The notes beneath the pieces were generated by a model. It searched no databases and was not told the DNA's origin. It saw only the letters and a list, made by a program, of their open reading frames with translations. Positions 62,942 through 64,000 of a stretch of DNA of 64,000 nt are shown here, in pieces. The DNA lies in NCBI GenBank assembly GCA_002269645.1, contig NIVC01000068.1:1-64000 (forward strand). Direction: 5' to 3'. The position numbers and the translations under genes were made by a program. Positions within the stretch are counted from its first letter, which is position 1, and every line of letters begins with the position of its first letter. The DNA is from Macrostomum lignano (lineage: Eukaryota).

Positions 62942-64000
62942 ATGTACATGGACACTGACGATGACGGAGAGCTCGAAGTGATACGTTTTGCTCCGCCTTC
63001 GCCAAAGCCAGAGAAGCGCAGTATACTTCTTGGTAAGCGTCGTTATAAGCCCAATAGCACCAATTTAAACAGTCGTATTAAACTTGAGCAGTCAGACGAC
63101 GCCATTGATGACGAGGCTTCCCAGTACGACAAAGGCGAGGAAGAGGTGATCACACGTCGGTATAGAGATCCTCGACGGACATCTGCTGCTTCGTCGGTAC
63201 GAGTGAAGCGCGAACCAGTTGACGAGTTCGATCAGAATGAGCAAGTCAGAAGTCACCAGCCTAGTCACCGGGAGCTTCGCTTATTGGACTCGCTAGGCAT
63301 ATCGATTGATGAGTTTGAAAAGGCCGATCCAACAGTTAGCGGCGGTGTCCGTTCCGAGGCCTTGCACCTGACTGGCGTGAGCAATATGAACACCGCCGGC
63401 GTGTTCGATTATTTATCACAGAATGCCGGCTCACCGCCCGAGTGGATCGAATGGATCGATGATAATTCCTGCAATGCCGTCTATCCGGACGGTCCGTCAG
63501 CCTTGTCGGCGCTGTCCGCCCTGACAACAGTTCGGGGTGGAGACGAGCGAATTGAACCAGAAATACGTGTTAACAGCGGTAGTCGCTGTCTGCGCTGCCA
63601 GACCACAGTCAACATGTTGGTTCGCTTAGCTTTGTCCTCGGATAGGAAGGGTAAACACGCCAATTTATCGTCCAATTATTATCGTCGTCATGGCAACCCG
63701 AACTACGACAATATGTGCGGCATCATTAGTCAGAGCTTCAGGCGTCGGGTAAATTCCAAACGATGCGCGTTAGACATGCGTCGGCTTGCTGAGTTTGGCG
63801 TTGCGTCTTCGACGACTGCCGCGCCAGCTGCAACAGAAGCAGTTGTCGATTCGTCTGCTAGAAGCAGCAGACGTCGGCGCCGAATCAGTAGCGGCAGCGG
63901 TGCAGCAGCTTTTGTTGAGAAATCGCCACGAACAGATTACAATGACCAAGGATCCAAGAGGCGCCGTCTAGATAGCGGCAGCAACGATCTAAGGCACAGC
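62942..64000 (+). CDS. NCBP3: Nuclear cap-binding protein subunit 3-like, open to the window end (absent from the ORF track because there is no stop)
   Basis: Manual translation from ATG 62942 gives 353 stop-free codons, including RSEALHLTGVSNMNTAGVFDY...PEWIEWIDDNSCNAV and SNYYRRHGNPNYDNMCGIISQSFRRR, which match recalled NCBP3/C17orf85 motifs (IEWxDDxSCN; YYxxxGNPNY). Confidence 0.85.
   Translation, partial: MYMDTDDDGELEVIRFAPPSPKPEKRSILLGKRRYKPNSTNLNSRIKLEQSDDAIDDEASQYDKGEEEVITRRYRDPRRTSAASSVRVKREPVDEFDQNEQVRSHQPSHRELRLLDSLGISIDEFEKADPTVSGGVRSEALHLTGVSNMNTAGVFDYLSQNAGSPPEWIEWIDDNSCNAVYPDGPSALSALSALTTVRGGDERIEPEIRVNSGSRCLRCQTTVNMLVRLALSSDRKGKHANLSSNYYRRHGNPNYDNMCGIISQSFRRRVNSKRCALDMRRLAEFGVASSTTAAPAATEAVVDSSARSSRRRRRISSGSGAAAFVEKSPRTDYNDQGSKRRRLDSGSNDLRHS

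Overview
Eukaryotic (metazoan) genomic DNA; nothing prokaryotic and no CRISPR array. The minisatellite-filled introns, Ala/Gln-rich proteins, a universal stress protein (USP) gene and an intronless boule gene are compatible with a free-living flatworm such as Macrostomum (inference only). Genes from left to right: the 3' part (17 exons) of axonemal dynein heavy chain DNAH1 (+), with a tight cluster of indels in one exon, a GC-AG intron and an intronic tRNA-derived SINE; an intronless NUDT2-like Nudix hydrolase (+); a degenerate CACTA/EnSpm-like transposase C-terminus (-); an intronless boule/DAZ-family RRM gene (-); an uncharacterised two-exon gene (-); a MARCH1/8-like RING-CH ligase (-); a two-exon USP gene (+); and an NCBP3-like ORF running off the right end (+). 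Mobile DNA: a very young full-length CsRn1-type Ty3/Gypsy element (ATAC target-site duplication, TA...CA LTR ends, -1 frameshift signal, one nonsense codon in pol); a 1-kb solo LTR loaded with CRE/MEF2/AP-1 motifs; and two Helitron/Helentron-like termini that bracket a 3155-bp tandem duplication and seed a 3.5-kb 15-bp array. The most unusual signals are a diverged, partly structure-preserving copy of 28S rRNA domain IV (the R2/I-PpoI target region) downstream of the MARCH stop codon, and dense clusters of the palindrome TAGGCCTA in two AT-rich regions. All coordinates were read by eye and may be off by a few bases.
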